Numbered from the stretch's first letter, positions 12,149-22,890 are shown. The stretch: 64,000 bases of DNA from an uncultured Chloroflexia bacterium (GCA_963707215.1 CAVPPB010000001.1:800001-864000), one strand, 5' to 3'. A program made the numbers and translations. Notes: generated by a model from the sequence alone, not told the origin.

Positions 12149-12649
12149 CTATCCCGGCTCCGCCTCGAGCCGAGCGAGCAGGTCGGCAAGCCCGGCCGGG
12201 TCGAGGTCGCCCTCCACGACGAGCGCCTCGGCCGGCTCCTCGAGGTCATCGAGCTGGCTGTCCAGGAGCGAGGCGGGCACGAAGTGGCCGGTCCGGGAGC
12301 GCAGCCGCCGCTCAAGGGTCGCGCGGTCCGCCCTGAGGTAGATCACGATCGCGCCGTCGACGCCGCCGAGCAGGACCTCGCGGTAGGACGCCTTCAGGGC
12401 CGAGCAGGCCACGACAACGCCCCGGCCTCCCTGGAGCACCTCGTCGATCGCCGCGCGGACCTCCCGGAGCCATGGGCCTCGCGCCTCGTCGTCGAGGGCG
12501 ATCCCGCGGCGCATCCGCTCGACGTTCTCGACCGGGTGGAGATCGTCGGCGTCCACGAACGCGTAGCCGAGCGAGTGCGCGAGCGCCGCGCCGACGGTGG
12601 TCTTGCCCGAGCCGGCGACGCCCATGACGAGGACGACCGTGGGTGGCAT
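12149..12649 (-). CDS. gntK: Gluconokinase (GntK/IdnK type)
   Basis: MGVAGSGKTT P-loop, DADDLHP..N..RM..G..LDD..R.PWL, ACSALK..YR, HF.PASLLDSQL..LE. Confidence 0.92.
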   Translation of the reverse strand: MPPTVVLVMGVAGSGKTTVGAALAHSLGYAFVDADDLHPVENVERMRRGIALDDEARGPWLREVRAAIDEVLQGGRGVVVACSALKASYREVLLGGVDGAIVIYLRADRATLERRLRSRTGHFVPASLLDSQLDDLEEPAEALVVEGDLDPAGLADLLARLEAEPG

Positions 12650-12793
12650 CGGCCGCAGCATACCCACCGGCGGCGGCCAGGCCCGGAGCCGTCGCCCCGG
12701 GCGTTCGGGCATCTCGAACGTACCCATCGGTCCGCTCGGCTCTCCTCGCGAAGCCCCGCGGCCGGTAGCGTCGGACGGCGAACGGAGGTCGTC

Positions 12794-13075
12794 ATGCCCG
12801 AGTCCATGCTCATCGTCGTCGCCCTGCTCGTCGTCGGGGTGGTCGTCCTGCTGGCCCTGGCAGCCCTGCGGTCGCGGGCGGCCGATCGCCGGACGGACAT
12901 GACGTCGAGCCCCACAGCCGCCCTGGGGATGTCGGTCGGCATGCTCCTGGGGGCGGCGCTCGGCGCCATCGTCTGGATCTCGACCGGCCAGTTCGTGTTC
13001 TGGGTGGTCTTCCTGGGTGCCGGGTTGACCGTCGGGCTGGCCATCGGGACGAGCCTCGCGACCCGGAGCCGTTGA
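12794..13075 (+). CDS. Small membrane protein (about 3 TM)
   Basis: GGAGG RBS and hydrophobic segments. Confidence 0.7.
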   Translation: MPESMLIVVALLVVGVVVLLALAALRSRAADRRTDMTSSPTAALGMSVGMLLGAALGAIVWISTGQFVFWVVFLGAGLTVGLAIGTSLATRSR

Positions 13076-13123
13076 TGGCGACGGTCCCGATCGTGCGGGC
13101 GCCCACGCCCGCGGAGGACGCCG

Positions 13124-13885
13124 ATGACCGGACCCGTGCCGGATGAAGGCCCGGCCGGCCGTCGGGTCACCTGGGCGGGGATCCTCGTCGGTGCCGTCTC
13201 GACCGTCGTCGTCCTGTGCGTCACCGTCATCGTCGTCGGGTTGATCGCCATGGGCACGCTCTCGCCGCGACCGGCCGCGGCCCCGGGCGCCGCGGACCCT
13301 GGTCCGCTCGAGGCGCTGCCGCCGCCGCGGGTCGAGGGTCCGCGCTCGCTGGAAGCGCTCCTGGCCGTGCGCCGATCCGTCCGCTCATTCACCACCGAGC
13401 CGCTGACGACGGCCGAGCTGGGCCAGCTGCTGTGGGCGGCCCAGGGTGTCACGGACGCCGCCGGCCACCGGACGACCCCGTCCGCCGGGGCGACCTACCC
13501 GCTCGAGCTGGACGTGGTCACGGCCGAGGGGGTCGCCCGGTACGTGCCGAGCGAGCACGCCCTCGCGCGCCGGGGAACCGTCGATCTCCGCGCCGCCCTC
13601 CGGCTGGCCGCCCTGGACCAGGCCGCGGTCGGCGACGCGCCGCTGGTCATCGTGATCTCCGGGGTCGTCGAGCGGACCGCCGCGCGCTACGGACCGGAGC
13701 GAGCCGAGCGATACGTGACCCTGGAGGCCGGGCATGCCGCCCAGGGCATCCTGCTCGAGGCGGTCGCCCTGGACCTGGGTGCGGTACCGATGGGAGCCTT
13801 CGTCGACGCCGCGGTGCACGAACTGCTCTCGCTCGGCGAGGGGGAGGAGCCGCTCTACCTCATCCCGGTCGGCCATCCCGGCTGA
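13124..13885 (+). CDS. SagB/ThcOx-family nitroreductase-like protein with N-terminal TM anchor
   Basis: RRSVRSF, LLWAAQG, RTTPSAGATYPLE, EAGHAAQ..LL.A, GAF.D. Confidence 0.9.
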   Translation: MTGPVPDEGPAGRRVTWAGILVGAVSTVVVLCVTVIVVGLIAMGTLSPRPAAAPGAADPGPLEALPPPRVEGPRSLEALLAVRRSVRSFTTEPLTTAELGQLLWAAQGVTDAAGHRTTPSAGATYPLELDVVTAEGVARYVPSEHALARRGTVDLRAALRLAALDQAAVGDAPLVIVISGVVERTAARYGPERAERYVTLEAGHAAQGILLEAVALDLGAVPMGAFVDAAVHELLSLGEGEEPLYLIPVGHPG

Positions 13886-13929
13886 CGCGGCCGGCTTCGT
13901 CCGGAGGCCGTCGTCGCGGCCGGGAACGT

Positions 13930-13973
13930 GGCCCCTTCCGCGTCGTAGCGCGGCCCCTTCCGCGTCGCAGCGC
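13930..13973. repeat. 22-bp direct repeat, 2 copies, between convergent genes
   Basis: GGCCCCTTCCGCGTCGTAGCGC versus GGCCCCTTCCGCGTCGCAGCGC. Confidence 0.75.
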
Positions 13974-14001
13974 GGCCCGGTCAGGTCCCCATGTGGCCCG
14001 G

Positions 14002-14787
14002 TCAGCTCCCGGCGCCGAACGACACCTGGAGCGCGCCGTCGTCGTCGCGGAGCTCGAGCCGGTCACCGTCGATCCGGAAGGTCGTCGCCCGACCCATGGC
14101 CGCCAGGAACGCCGCTTCCTGCTCCATGACCTCGTCGGGACATGCCATCCGGGTCGAGGCGAGCGGCCCGATCCCGAGCCGCGGTCCGTCGACCCGGAAC
14201 GGGCCGTGGTAGCGGTTGCAGCCCGCCCGCCCGCTGACCCGTCCGTCCTCGCCGAACGTGGCATCGATGGCCGTCCCGGCCACAAGGCTGGCGACGCCGC
14301 CGCGGCCGTTGTTGACGCCTGTCGCCTGCCACGAGGGGCCCATCAGGGTCGGCTCGACGACCCGGTCGAGGACCAGCCGGTCGAGGCCGTCCGCGTCCCG
14401 GAGGACCAGGCTGCCCTCCTCGACCGCCCAGGTCGCGATCAGGGCGAGGGCCTGGAGGACCGCGGCCTCGATCGATGCGGCCGGCTCCGGGCAGGCCATC
14501 ATCGTCGACGCGATCAGCCCGATCTCGAGCCGCTCCCCATCGATGCGGCACTCGGCGCTGAAGCGGTTGCAGCCGCCGCTGCCGGCCACGCGCCCCGCCT
14601 CGAATCGGAGGGTCGCCTCCACGTCTTCGGGGATCGGCCGCGGCTGTCCTTCGGCCCCGGACGCGGCCTGGATCCGCCACAGCGTCCCCTGGAGTAACGG
14701 CTCCGGCTGCCCCGCTGAACCGGCTCGAGGATGGCCGTCCTCGGGCGCCGGCCGATCGCGCGACTCGTGCGGATCTCGGCTCGTCAT
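14002..14787 (-). CDS. Tandem META (HslJ) domain protein
   Basis: Two copies of G.GCNR(F/Y)...ASTxMAC. Confidence 0.9.
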   Translation of the reverse strand: MTSRDPHESRDRPAPEDGHPRAGSAGQPEPLLQGTLWRIQAASGAEGQPRPIPEDVEATLRFEAGRVAGSGGCNRFSAECRIDGERLEIGLIASTMMACPEPAASIEAAVLQALALIATWAVEEGSLVLRDADGLDRLVLDRVVEPTLMGPSWQATGVNNGRGGVASLVAGTAIDATFGEDGRVSGRAGCNRYHGPFRVDGPRLGIGPLASTRMACPDEVMEQEAAFLAAMGRATTFRIDGDRLELRDDDGALQVSFGAGS

Positions 14788-14879
14788 GGCGACCTCCTTC
14801 GCTCCGGGCCCAATCTACCCCGCGTTTCGTGACCGTTGGGCACCCCGGCAGCTGTCAGCCGACGGGGCATACTCCGACC

Positions 14880-16334
14880 ATGCGCATCCTCGTCGTCGGC
14901 GCAAGTGGCTACATCGGCAGCCGACTCGTCCCGAGGCTTCAGGCCGATGGTCACGATCTGACGCTGATGAGCCGAGATGTCCGGCCTCTGGCCGACCGCT
15001 TCCCGGACACCCGGCTGGTGGCCGCCGACCTGCTCGACCCTGCGACCCTCGGGCCGGCCCTCGACGGGATCGAGGTGGCCTACTACCTGGCCCACTCGAT
15101 GGGCGCCGGCGAGCGCGGCTTCGCGGAGCGCGACCGGCTGGCGGCCGGCAACTTCGCTCGAGCAGCAGCTCGGGCCGGCATCGCGCGGATCGTCTACCTG
15201 GGAGGCCTCGGGGAGGATGACGGCGACCTCTCGACCCATCTCTCGAGTCGCCAGGAGACCGGCGCCGAGCTGGCCGCCCACGGTGTCCCCGTGACCGAGT
15301 TCCGGGCGGCCGTGATCATCGGCTCGGGGAGTGCGTCGTTCGAGATCCTCCGCCACCTGACAGAGCGCCTGCCGGTCATGGTGACGCCGAAATGGGTCCG
15401 GACGCGGTGCCAGCCGATCGCGATCGCCGACATCCGCGAGTACCTGGTCGCCGCCCTCGATCATCCGGAGGTCGTCGGTGTCGTCGAGGTCGGCGGGCCG
15501 GACATCCTGAGCTACGGCGAGATGATGCGGGAGTACGCCCGGCTTCGCGGCCTGCGCCGGCTCATGATCCCGGTGCCCGTCCTGACGCCTCGCCTGAGCT
15601 CCTACTGGGTGAGCCTCGTGACGCCGGTCCCATCCGGCATCGCCCGACCACTGGTCGAGGGTCTCCGGAACGAGGTCGTCGTCCACGATCCGGGGCCAGC
15701 CCGGGCGTTCGGGATCACGCCGATCCCATACGTCGAGGCCCTCCAGCGGGCGATCGACCGGACCGACCGGCGTGACGTCGAGTCGACCTGGTTCGACTCG
15801 ATCGATGCCCCCGACCAGGAGAGCCTGTCGTCGATGACGTCCCTAGAGGGGATGATCGTCGAGCGGCGCCAGCACCTGATCCCCGCGCCACCGGACCGGG
15901 TCTTCGCCGCGGTCGAACGTATCGGCGGGAAGGCCGGCTGGCCATACCTCAACGTCCTCTGGCGGATCCGCGGCCTCATGGACCGGATGGTCGGCGGCGT
16001 GGGGATGCGTCTGGGCCGGCGCGACCCGGACCGCCTCCGGGTCGGCGACGCGCTCGACTTCTGGCGGGTCGAGGAGGTCCGACGACCCGAGGTCCTCCGC
16101 CTCCGGGCCGAGATGAAGGTCCCCGGGCGAGCCTGGCTCCAGTACGAGGTCATTGCCGAGGACGGTGGCAGCCGGCTGGTCCAGACCGCCTTCTTCGAGC
16201 CCAAGGGCCTGCCGGGGCTCGCCTACTGGTACCTGCTCTACCCGATCCACGGCGTCATCTTCCGGGGCACGGTCCGGGTCCTCGGCGAGCGAGCCCGCGC
16301 CGGCGAGGGGGCAGGCACGGCCAGGGCCGCCTAG
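14880..16334 (+). CDS. Atypical SDR NAD(P)-binding oxidoreductase with DUF2867 (YbjT-like)
   Basis: GASGYIGS, YYLAHSM, IIGSGSASFE, DFWRVE, LRAEMKVPGRAWL, GLAYWY. Confidence 0.9.
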   Translation: MRILVVGASGYIGSRLVPRLQADGHDLTLMSRDVRPLADRFPDTRLVAADLLDPATLGPALDGIEVAYYLAHSMGAGERGFAERDRLAAGNFARAAARAGIARIVYLGGLGEDDGDLSTHLSSRQETGAELAAHGVPVTEFRAAVIIGSGSASFEILRHLTERLPVMVTPKWVRTRCQPIAIADIREYLVAALDHPEVVGVVEVGGPDILSYGEMMREYARLRGLRRLMIPVPVLTPRLSSYWVSLVTPVPSGIARPLVEGLRNEVVVHDPGPARAFGITPIPYVEALQRAIDRTDRRDVESTWFDSIDAPDQESLSSMTSLEGMIVERRQHLIPAPPDRVFAAVERIGGKAGWPYLNVLWRIRGLMDRMVGGVGMRLGRRDPDRLRVGDALDFWRVEEVRRPEVLRLRAEMKVPGRAWLQYEVIAEDGGSRLVQTAFFEPKGLPGLAYWYLLYPIHGVIFRGTVRVLGERARAGEGAGTARAA

Positions 16335-16362
16335 GCCCGGAGGTCGCGGGCGACCAGACCAG

Positions 16363-17672
16363 TCAGGCCGCGGCGAGGACGGCCCGTCGCGCGCGACGTG
16401 GTCCCGGGTCGGCCCGGAGCTCGGCCCCGAGCGCCGAGGCGGCCGCCCTGTGCGGGCCCTCGAGCAGCCCGACCACGGCTTCGCGGATCGCGGCCTCCGT
16501 GGCGAGGTTCGGGTCGGCGACCAGGCCGAGCCCGGTCCGCTCCAGGTCGGCGGCGATCGCGAACTGGTCGGTGGAGAACGGCAGGACCAGGAGGGGCACC
16601 CCGGCCGTCAGCGCCTCCATGACCCCGTTGTTGCCGGCATGGGTGATGGCGACCGCCGCCTGCCGGACGAGCGCGACCTGGGGCACGAACGGGCGGACGA
16701 GCCAGTCGTCCGGCAGCGGACCGAGGTCCGCCGGCTCCGCCGAGCCCGTGGCGAGCGCCACCCGCACGTCGAGCCCCCGGAGGGCGCCGCACGATCCGGG
16801 CCAGCACGTCGGCACGCGCGGACAGGAAGGTGCCGAAGGAGACGACGACGAGCGGCCGTCGGTCGCTCGGACCCGAGCCAGGCCGCGGTCCCCTCGTCCG
16901 GGACCTCGTCGCGGACGAGCGAGCCCAGGAACGCATGCCGGGCGGGGAGCGATCCGGTCCGGTCGGTATCGTGGAGCCGTCCCGGATAGCTGTACAGGAC
17001 CGGCGAGCCGTGAGCCCGGAAGGCGTCGTCCACCTCCGCCGCCGCGGGGTCGAGCCGCCGCAGGGCCCGGTTGACGTCGTCGGTGAAGGCACGCGTGACC
17101 TCGTCGGCCAGGCGCTCGAGCCCCGCCAGCTCGGCGGGCTCGGGCCGGAGGGTCGACGGCCAGGCGACCGGGACGCCGTAGCGCTCGCCGACCGACGGGA
17201 GGGCCGATGGATGCCCCAGGACCACGTCCGCGTACGGGACCCCGGCAGCGCGCAGCCCGAGGGTGGCCCCGAAGGCGAGGTGGTCGACGACGATCGCGTC
17301 CGGGTCGATGGCCTGGACGACGTCCATGGTCCGGCGACCGGTCTCGACCGGCTGCCACAGGAGGTCGTTGCGGCGCAGCTCGGCCTGGAGCCGGAGGGTC
17401 GCGATGGGACCTTCCCTGGTCGCGGCGAAGAAGGCTCGCAGGTTGGCGTCCTCGCCGCGGGGCTGCTCGTCGGCCCGGGCCGTCCCGGGGTTCGAGCCGC
17501 GACCCAGGACCAGCTCGACCCACTCGAAGCCCGCCCGCTCGACATGGCCGGCGACACCGGGCCCGGTCGCCACCGACCACCCGCTCCCCGCGCCTCGGCC
17601 CAAGGCCCGGGCCAGGGCGAGGAGCGGGAAGAGATGCGAGGCGTAGTCCGGGCTGATGACCAGGAGGGTCAC
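16363..17672 (-). CDS. GT1/MGT-like UDP-glycosyltransferase (frameshifted)
   Basis: Start VTLLVISPDYASHL, VVDHLAF, and the signature FVPQ..L..ITHAGNN..EAL.AGVP.L.LPFSTDQ in a shifted frame. Confidence 0.85.
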
Positions 17673-19768
17673 GTCGCCGCCAGCACCCGCGACGGTCGAG
17701 CCGCCTCGTACACGGGCACGAGCGCCCCGGCCATCGCCCGAACCGTGTAGCGCTCCTCGACCAGCCGCTCGGCCCGATCGGCGCGGCCCGGCAGCCGGAC
17801 CAGGTCGAGCGCATCCAGGATGCCCCGGCCCAGCTGGTGCCGGTCGAGCGTGTCGACCAGGCGACCCGTGGTGCCGTCCTCGACGTACGCGGCCGGGCCG
17901 CCGACCTCGGGGGCCACGACCGGCAAGCCGCTGGCCAGCGCCTCGACGATCGCCAATCCGAACTCCTCCTTGCGGCTGCCACTGACGTAGGCGCCGCCCG
18001 GCGCGATCCATGGTTCAAGACCGGTCCGGGCGACTGCCAGCACCCGGAGGGCCTCGTCGTGCGGCCGGTGCCCGAGCAGCACGAGTGCCTCGGCGAGCTC
18101 GGGGTGGGCGACGAGGGCGGCCTCGATGCGATCGATCTCCGCTCGCTCCTCCGGGGATGGATCCGTCAGGTCGCCCCCGATCACGACGAGGTTGGCCCGC
18201 CGGCGAAGCTCGGAGTCGGTCGCGAAGGCCTCGGCGATGCGGGCCATCCCCTTGACCTCGGCGAGGCGCCCGACGCTGACCACGACCGGCAGGCCCTGCC
18301 GGCCAGGCCCAAGGGCCGAGATGGCATCGCGGAGCTCGGCGATGACCCCTGAGGCCTCGTCGCCGGTCATCGATCCCGCGACCGCGCGGGCGGTCCGGAC
18401 CGGAGCCGGGTCGATCCCCTCGGGTACGACGTGGTAGCGGTCCGGGTCCGCCGAGACGTCGAGCCCGACCAGCTCGCGCAGGCGCTTTCGAAGGCCGGGT
18501 CGGGGGAACAGCACGACCTGACGGGAGGCGCTGGCGAGGCGCCGGACCAGCCAGGCCCGGAACCAGAGGCCGTCCCGGGCGTCCGCCGGGCCGAACGACG
18601 AGCGGTCGAGCTCGCCGGTCCGCTCCATGTCGGCGATCAGCGCGTGCGGGTCGGGCGCCAGCGTGAAGACCGTCGGCAGGTTCCGCTCCCTGGCGATCCG
18701 GGCGGCAGCGAGGCTCCCTACGTCGGCCATCCGCAGGTGCAGAAGGTCGGCCGAGCGGAGCCTGAGGATCCGCCGCAGGCCGCGCTCGGCGGCTACCCTG
18801 GCGGGCCACGGATCGGTGAAGGACGAGCCCTCGTCCCGCCCGAGCGGTACCGTCATGACGGCGTGGTGATCGAGGGCCGCCTCGACCGAGGCCACGGCGT
18901 CGCCGGTCGGCCCCCGTCCGATCGTGGTCACCGAGTCGATCCTCGGATCCCGGGCCAGCGCCTCGCCGAGCTGGACCAGGAGGGTGGCGATGCCGCCGGT
19001 CTGACCCTCGCCGGCATGGCTGAGGGTCGGATCGAGCCGGCTCCCGAGGTGGATCTGGGCGACCCGCAGCACGTCGTCGTCCGGCCACGTCGGTGCCATC
19101 CGCATCCGATGGTCCAGCAGGGCCAGGCGAGCGGCATCGCCCAGCGGCCCATCGGCCGCGGCCGCTCGCTCGACCACCGGCGGGGGCTCCGGTCGGCGAT
19201 CACCGAGTGCCGCAAGCGCAGCCATCCGGGTTCCGAGCGCCTCCGCGTCGTCGCCCGCAAGCGCGGCCAGGAGCGGCTCGGTGCCGGGAAGGAGGCCGAG
19301 CGTCTCGACCAGCCGGGCCCGGACCGCGGGCGCGCTCTCGCCCCGCAGGCAGTCGGTCAGGGAGTCGACGATGAGCTCCGGGCGGATCGCGGCCCAGCCG
19401 GCCAGGGTCCGCTGGGCCAGCATGCCAGCCAGGCGACCGGCTGCCACCAACCCGACGAGCGGCCCGATGGCAGCGTCCCGCGGTGGGCCGCTGGCGAGCG
19501 CCCAGGCGGCATGGGCCGCCCGATGGTCACCGGAGCCGACGAGCTCGACCAGCGGCCCGTCGGTCCCGTCTTCGGGGAGCCGGCCGAGCGCGTGGATCGC
19601 GGCGATCGCGGTGGGTGCGTCGTCGTCGGCTCGCGCGGCTGCGGCCAGGATCGACAGGTCGCGGCCGGGGTCGCTGGAGCCAGCCGCACGCTCGATCAGG
19701 CGACCAGCACGCTCGAAGACGTCAAGGATCGACGGGGCTTGGCGGATCCGCTCGAGCTCGAGGTCCAT
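17669..19768 (-). CDS. HEAT-repeat plus GT4 glycosyltransferase
   Basis: N-terminal HEAT-like helices, VGRL..VKGM, SRKEEFGLAIVEALASGLPVV. Confidence 0.88.
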   Translation of the reverse strand: MDLELERIRQAPSILDVFERAGRLIERAAGSSDPGRDLSILAAAARADDDAPTAIAAIHALGRLPEDGTDGPLVELVGSGDHRAAHAAWALASGPPRDAAIGPLVGLVAAGRLAGMLAQRTLAGWAAIRPELIVDSLTDCLRGESAPAVRARLVETLGLLPGTEPLLAALAGDDAEALGTRMAALAALGDRRPEPPPVVERAAAADGPLGDAARLALLDHRMRMAPTWPDDDVLRVAQIHLGSRLDPTLSHAGEGQTGGIATLLVQLGEALARDPRIDSVTTIGRGPTGDAVASVEAALDHHAVMTVPLGRDEGSSFTDPWPARVAAERGLRRILRLRSADLLHLRMADVGSLAAARIARERNLPTVFTLAPDPHALIADMERTGELDRSSFGPADARDGLWFRAWLVRRLASASRQVVLFPRPGLRKRLRELVGLDVSADPDRYHVVPEGIDPAPVRTARAVAGSMTGDEASGVIAELRDAISALGPGRQGLPVVVSVGRLAEVKGMARIAEAFATDSELRRRANLVVIGGDLTDPSPEERAEIDRIEAALVAHPELAEALVLLGHRPHDEALRVLAVARTGLEPWIAPGGAYVSGSRKEEFGLAIVEALASGLPVVAPEVGGPAAYVEDGTTGRLVDTLDRHQLGRGILDALDLVRLPGRADRAERLVEERYTVRAMAGALVPVYEAARPSRVLAAT

Positions 19769-19825
19769 GCCCCTCCTTCGGGCCCGGGCGCCGGCCGGTT
19801 TCCCGGGCAGCCCGGACCCTCTTGC

Positions 19826-20368
19826 CTACGGCGGGCCCGTGGTGGATCCCGTGATGGCCCGGGCGATCGATCCGGCCCAGGCGTCGACCTCCGCCCAGTC
19901 GCGGAAATCCCCCTCGGCCAGGACGTCACCCCCGGCCGGGATGGCCGAGACGACCCACTCGCCGACACCGAGACCACCCCGGTCGAGCGACCCGAAGAAG
20001 ACGCGATGCTCGAGCGGATGGAGCAGCTCGTCGAGCTCGCCCGCGTCCTCGGGCCGCGAGACCTCCCGGAGGTCGCGCCCCTGGTCGTCAGTCCGCTCGG
20101 CGCCGAGGGGGCCACTGCTGAAGAGCCAGACCGGCCGCCCTGCGAGTGAGTCGGCCTGGTCATGGACGAACTCGATCGCCTCGATCATCCACCGGCCGAA
20201 GTAGACCGCGCTGCCAAGGACGACCGCGCCATACCGCCCGGGGTCGATCGACCCGTCCAAGCTCCGCGCCTCGGCCTCGACGCCGTGCTCGACCAGCCTG
20301 GCGGCGATCCGCTCGGCGATCTGCCCGGTGGAGCCGTGCCGGGAAGCGTAGGCGACGAGGACGGTCAT
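19826..20368 (-). CDS. Flavodoxin-domain protein (HemG-like)
   Basis: VAYASRHGSTGQIAE, LGSAVY, VWLFSSGP, GDFRDW. Confidence 0.88.
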   Translation of the reverse strand: MTVLVAYASRHGSTGQIAERIAARLVEHGVEAEARSLDGSIDPGRYGAVVLGSAVYFGRWMIEAIEFVHDQADSLAGRPVWLFSSGPLGAERTDDQGRDLREVSRPEDAGELDELLHPLEHRVFFGSLDRGGLGVGEWVVSAIPAGGDVLAEGDFRDWAEVDAWAGSIARAITGSTTGPP

Positions 20369-20507
20369 GGACACGACTCCTCCTGTCCGGCTCCGGGTCG
20401 TCCTGGGCGCGACGGTTGCTCGTGGCGAGTCTGGGGGCCCGTTCGCCGTCCGCCAAGGGCCCACCGGCTGGCGGATCGGGGGCGGGACGGCCCGACCGTG
20501 GCCGGGC

Positions 20508-21254
20508 TCAGCCCGCGAGCGACGCCTCGAGCTCGACCGGTGTCAGCCCGTCGATCCGCGCCCGGATCCGCCCATCCCGCGTGAGCTCGGCCATCCCGCG
20601 GCCACCCCGGTCGTCCGCCAGGTCGAGGGTGCCGTACCCACGGACGAGGGTCCCCCGGAGGCTGGGCGCCAGCTCGGCGGTCATGGTGCCGACAGCGGTC
20701 GCCGACCAGGGCGCGAGCGGCGGCGCGGTCTCGAACGCGAAGCGCGACGGCGCGGGCATCCCGAGCCCGCGGATCCCGACCGTCGTACCGAGGATCTCCT
20801 CCTGGCCCTCGAACCGACCGACCCCCGGGACGTCCGCGGCGACCGACAGTCGGAGACTGGAGCCCGGGCCTCGCCCGTCGAGGCGGGCGACGATGCGGGC
20901 CCCGGTCTCCGGGTCCTGCTCCTCGATCTCGGTGCCCGTCGGATCGAACGATGGCTGTCGGTAGCCGCGACCGAACGATGCCGCGGCGGCAGCGCAGTAG
21001 AGCCCGAACGCGGCCAGGGCGCGATCCGGGTCCTGGGCTCGCCCGTCCGTCGCCAGGAGGCCCTGGAGCCCCAGGAGGAGGCGAGTCTTGGCGGTCCGGC
21101 GGGCGAGGTAGCGGACCAGCGAGACGCGGTGGGTCTCGTACGCGGCCCGGGCGTCGCCGACCGGCGAGAACCCGAGCGGCAGCGGCGCCATGCCCGGGGG
21201 CTCACCCAGGGGCACGCTCGGGCGCTGGTCGTCGCGGTCAAGTCGTTCGGTCAT
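20508..21254 (-). CDS. Hypothetical protein
   Basis: 248-aa ORF with AAAGGA RBS. No family recognised. Confidence 0.55.
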   Translation of the reverse strand: MTERLDRDDQRPSVPLGEPPGMAPLPLGFSPVGDARAAYETHRVSLVRYLARRTAKTRLLLGLQGLLATDGRAQDPDRALAAFGLYCAAAAASFGRGYRQPSFDPTGTEIEEQDPETGARIVARLDGRGPGSSLRLSVAADVPGVGRFEGQEEILGTTVGIRGLGMPAPSRFAFETAPPLAPWSATAVGTMTAELAPSLRGTLVRGYGTLDLADDRGGRGMAELTRDGRIRARIDGLTPVELEASLAG

Positions 21255-21350
21255 CTCGATCGTCCTTTCGGCCCAGGGCCGAAGGGGGATGGCGGCCCCT
21301 CGAGCTGACCTCGAGCCCGCCTCCGGGTACCGCGCCCGGACCCGGAGCGG

Positions 21351-21947
21351 TCAGCCCGGAGCGATCGGGCGGTCCGATCCGAACGCGGCGATCCCCTCGA
21401 GGAGCGCGTCCACGGATCGCCCGAACGAGCGGTCGACGTCCTGCGGGATCCCGAACCCACCGGCCGCCTCGAGCGTCACGAAGCCGTGGAGCAGCGATCG
21501 CAAGCCCCGGGCCGCGTCGATCGCCTCGGGGCCGGTGAGCCCACGCTCGAGAAGGACCTCGAGGACGACCGCCAGGGCCGCGTCGCTGGCGGCGCCGTGC
21601 TCGGCGTCGTCGGGCTCGGCCGCCCTGACGGTCGCGGCGTAGCGGCCCGGGTGGCCCGTCGCGTAGCCGCGGAAGCCGTCGGCCAGCGCACGGACCTTCT
21701 CGCCGGGATCAGGCCCGTCCGCGTCGACGACCGCCCTGCGCATGGCATCGGCCAGCTCTCGGACGGCCTGGATCGCCACGGCGCGGCGGACCGCATCGAG
21801 ACCGTCGACGTGCTTGTAGAGGCTGGGCACGGCCACCCCGAGCCGGTCGGCGAGGGCCGCCAGCGTCAGCCGGTCGTAGCCGACCTCGTCGGCCAGCTCG
21901 GCGGCCTCTGCGATGACGACGGCCGGCGAGAGGCCCGCCCTAGGCAT
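21351..21947 (-). CDS. TetR/AcrR regulator with WHG-type C-terminal domain
   Basis: HTH LAALADRLGVAVPSLYKH and RSLLHGFVTLE..GGF. Confidence 0.92.
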   Translation of the reverse strand: MPRAGLSPAVVIAEAAELADEVGYDRLTLAALADRLGVAVPSLYKHVDGLDAVRRAVAIQAVRELADAMRRAVVDADGPDPGEKVRALADGFRGYATGHPGRYAATVRAAEPDDAEHGAASDAALAVVLEVLLERGLTGPEAIDAARGLRSLLHGFVTLEAAGGFGIPQDVDRSFGRSVDALLEGIAAFGSDRPIAPG

Positions 21948-22857
21948 GCGGGGCCCCAGGATGCTCCTCGGTCGGTCCGCCGGGCTCCGGTGCCGCTTCG
22001 ATCCCGCCGGCCAGGAAGCCCAGGATCGCCGGGTTGACGACCTCCGGGTACTCGGCCTGCGGGTAGTGGCCGGATCCGGGCACCATCACGACCTGGCCGC
22101 TCAACCGCTCGGCCACCCAGGCCGCCTCGGCCGACGGGTCCGGGAAGTCCGGATCGCGCTGGCCCATCACGACCAGGGTCCGCGCCCGAACCTCGCCGAG
22201 GCGAGCCTCGACCGGGGCGTGGCTCGTGCGAGTCGTCGACGCGAACGCATGCCAGCCGCCGGGCCGTCGCAGGCTCTCGCGGATCCTGGCTCGGTGGGCA
22301 TCGAGGTCGTCGGGCTTCCGTCCGGGGTAGAGGCGGGCGTACCAGCCGTTCCAGGCTGCCGGTCCCCATGGCTTCATCAGAGCCAGCCGGAACATCAGCG
22401 CGGAGCCACGGCCGACCGGGGCATTGCGGACGAAGGGACCCACCAGGACGAGCCCGCTCACGAGGTCGGGGGCCTCGGCGGCGGCCCACGCCGCAGCGCC
22501 GGCGCCCATCGAGTTGCCGACGACGACGGCAGGACCGGCGTCCAGCTCCCCGATGAGGGCGATCACGTCCGACCCGGCGGCCACGTCATCGTAGGCCTCG
22601 AAGGTCGTGTCGCTGTCGCCGTGCCCCCGCAGGTCCATCGTGGCGACGCGGTAGCCGGCCTCGACGAGCGCCGGGGCCAGGGACCGGTAGACGGACCGCA
22701 GGTCGCCCATCCCGGGCACGCAGACGACGAGCGGGCCGTCGCCGATCACGGAGTAGCCGATCCGGCCGCCGGGGCGCTGCAGCCAGCGCGTCGGCCAGCC
22801 CTGGGCGTCGGCGCCCCGTCGCGAGATTCTGGTTTCGGTCATCGCTGCTGCGCTCAT
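21940..22857 (-). CDS. Alpha/beta hydrolase
   Basis: DLRGHGDS, GNSMG nucleophile elbow, DPDF, GHYP. Confidence 0.92.
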   Translation of the reverse strand: MSAAAMTETRISRRGADAQGWPTRWLQRPGGRIGYSVIGDGPLVVCVPGMGDLRSVYRSLAPALVEAGYRVATMDLRGHGDSDTTFEAYDDVAAGSDVIALIGELDAGPAVVVGNSMGAGAAAWAAAEAPDLVSGLVLVGPFVRNAPVGRGSALMFRLALMKPWGPAAWNGWYARLYPGRKPDDLDAHRARIRESLRRPGGWHAFASTTRTSHAPVEARLGEVRARTLVVMGQRDPDFPDPSAEAAWVAERLSGQVVMVPGSGHYPQAEYPEVVNPAILGFLAGGIEAAPEPGGPTEEHPGAPHA

Positions 22858-22890
22858 CGTGGTCCCCTTCCGTGTGTCGCATCGCCGACT

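Noticed and set aside
13124-13885. RiPP (thiazole/oxazole) biosynthetic cluster suggested by the SagB-like gene
   Set aside because: No YcaO cyclodehydratase or precursor peptide is nearby, and stand-alone SagB-type nitroreductases are common.
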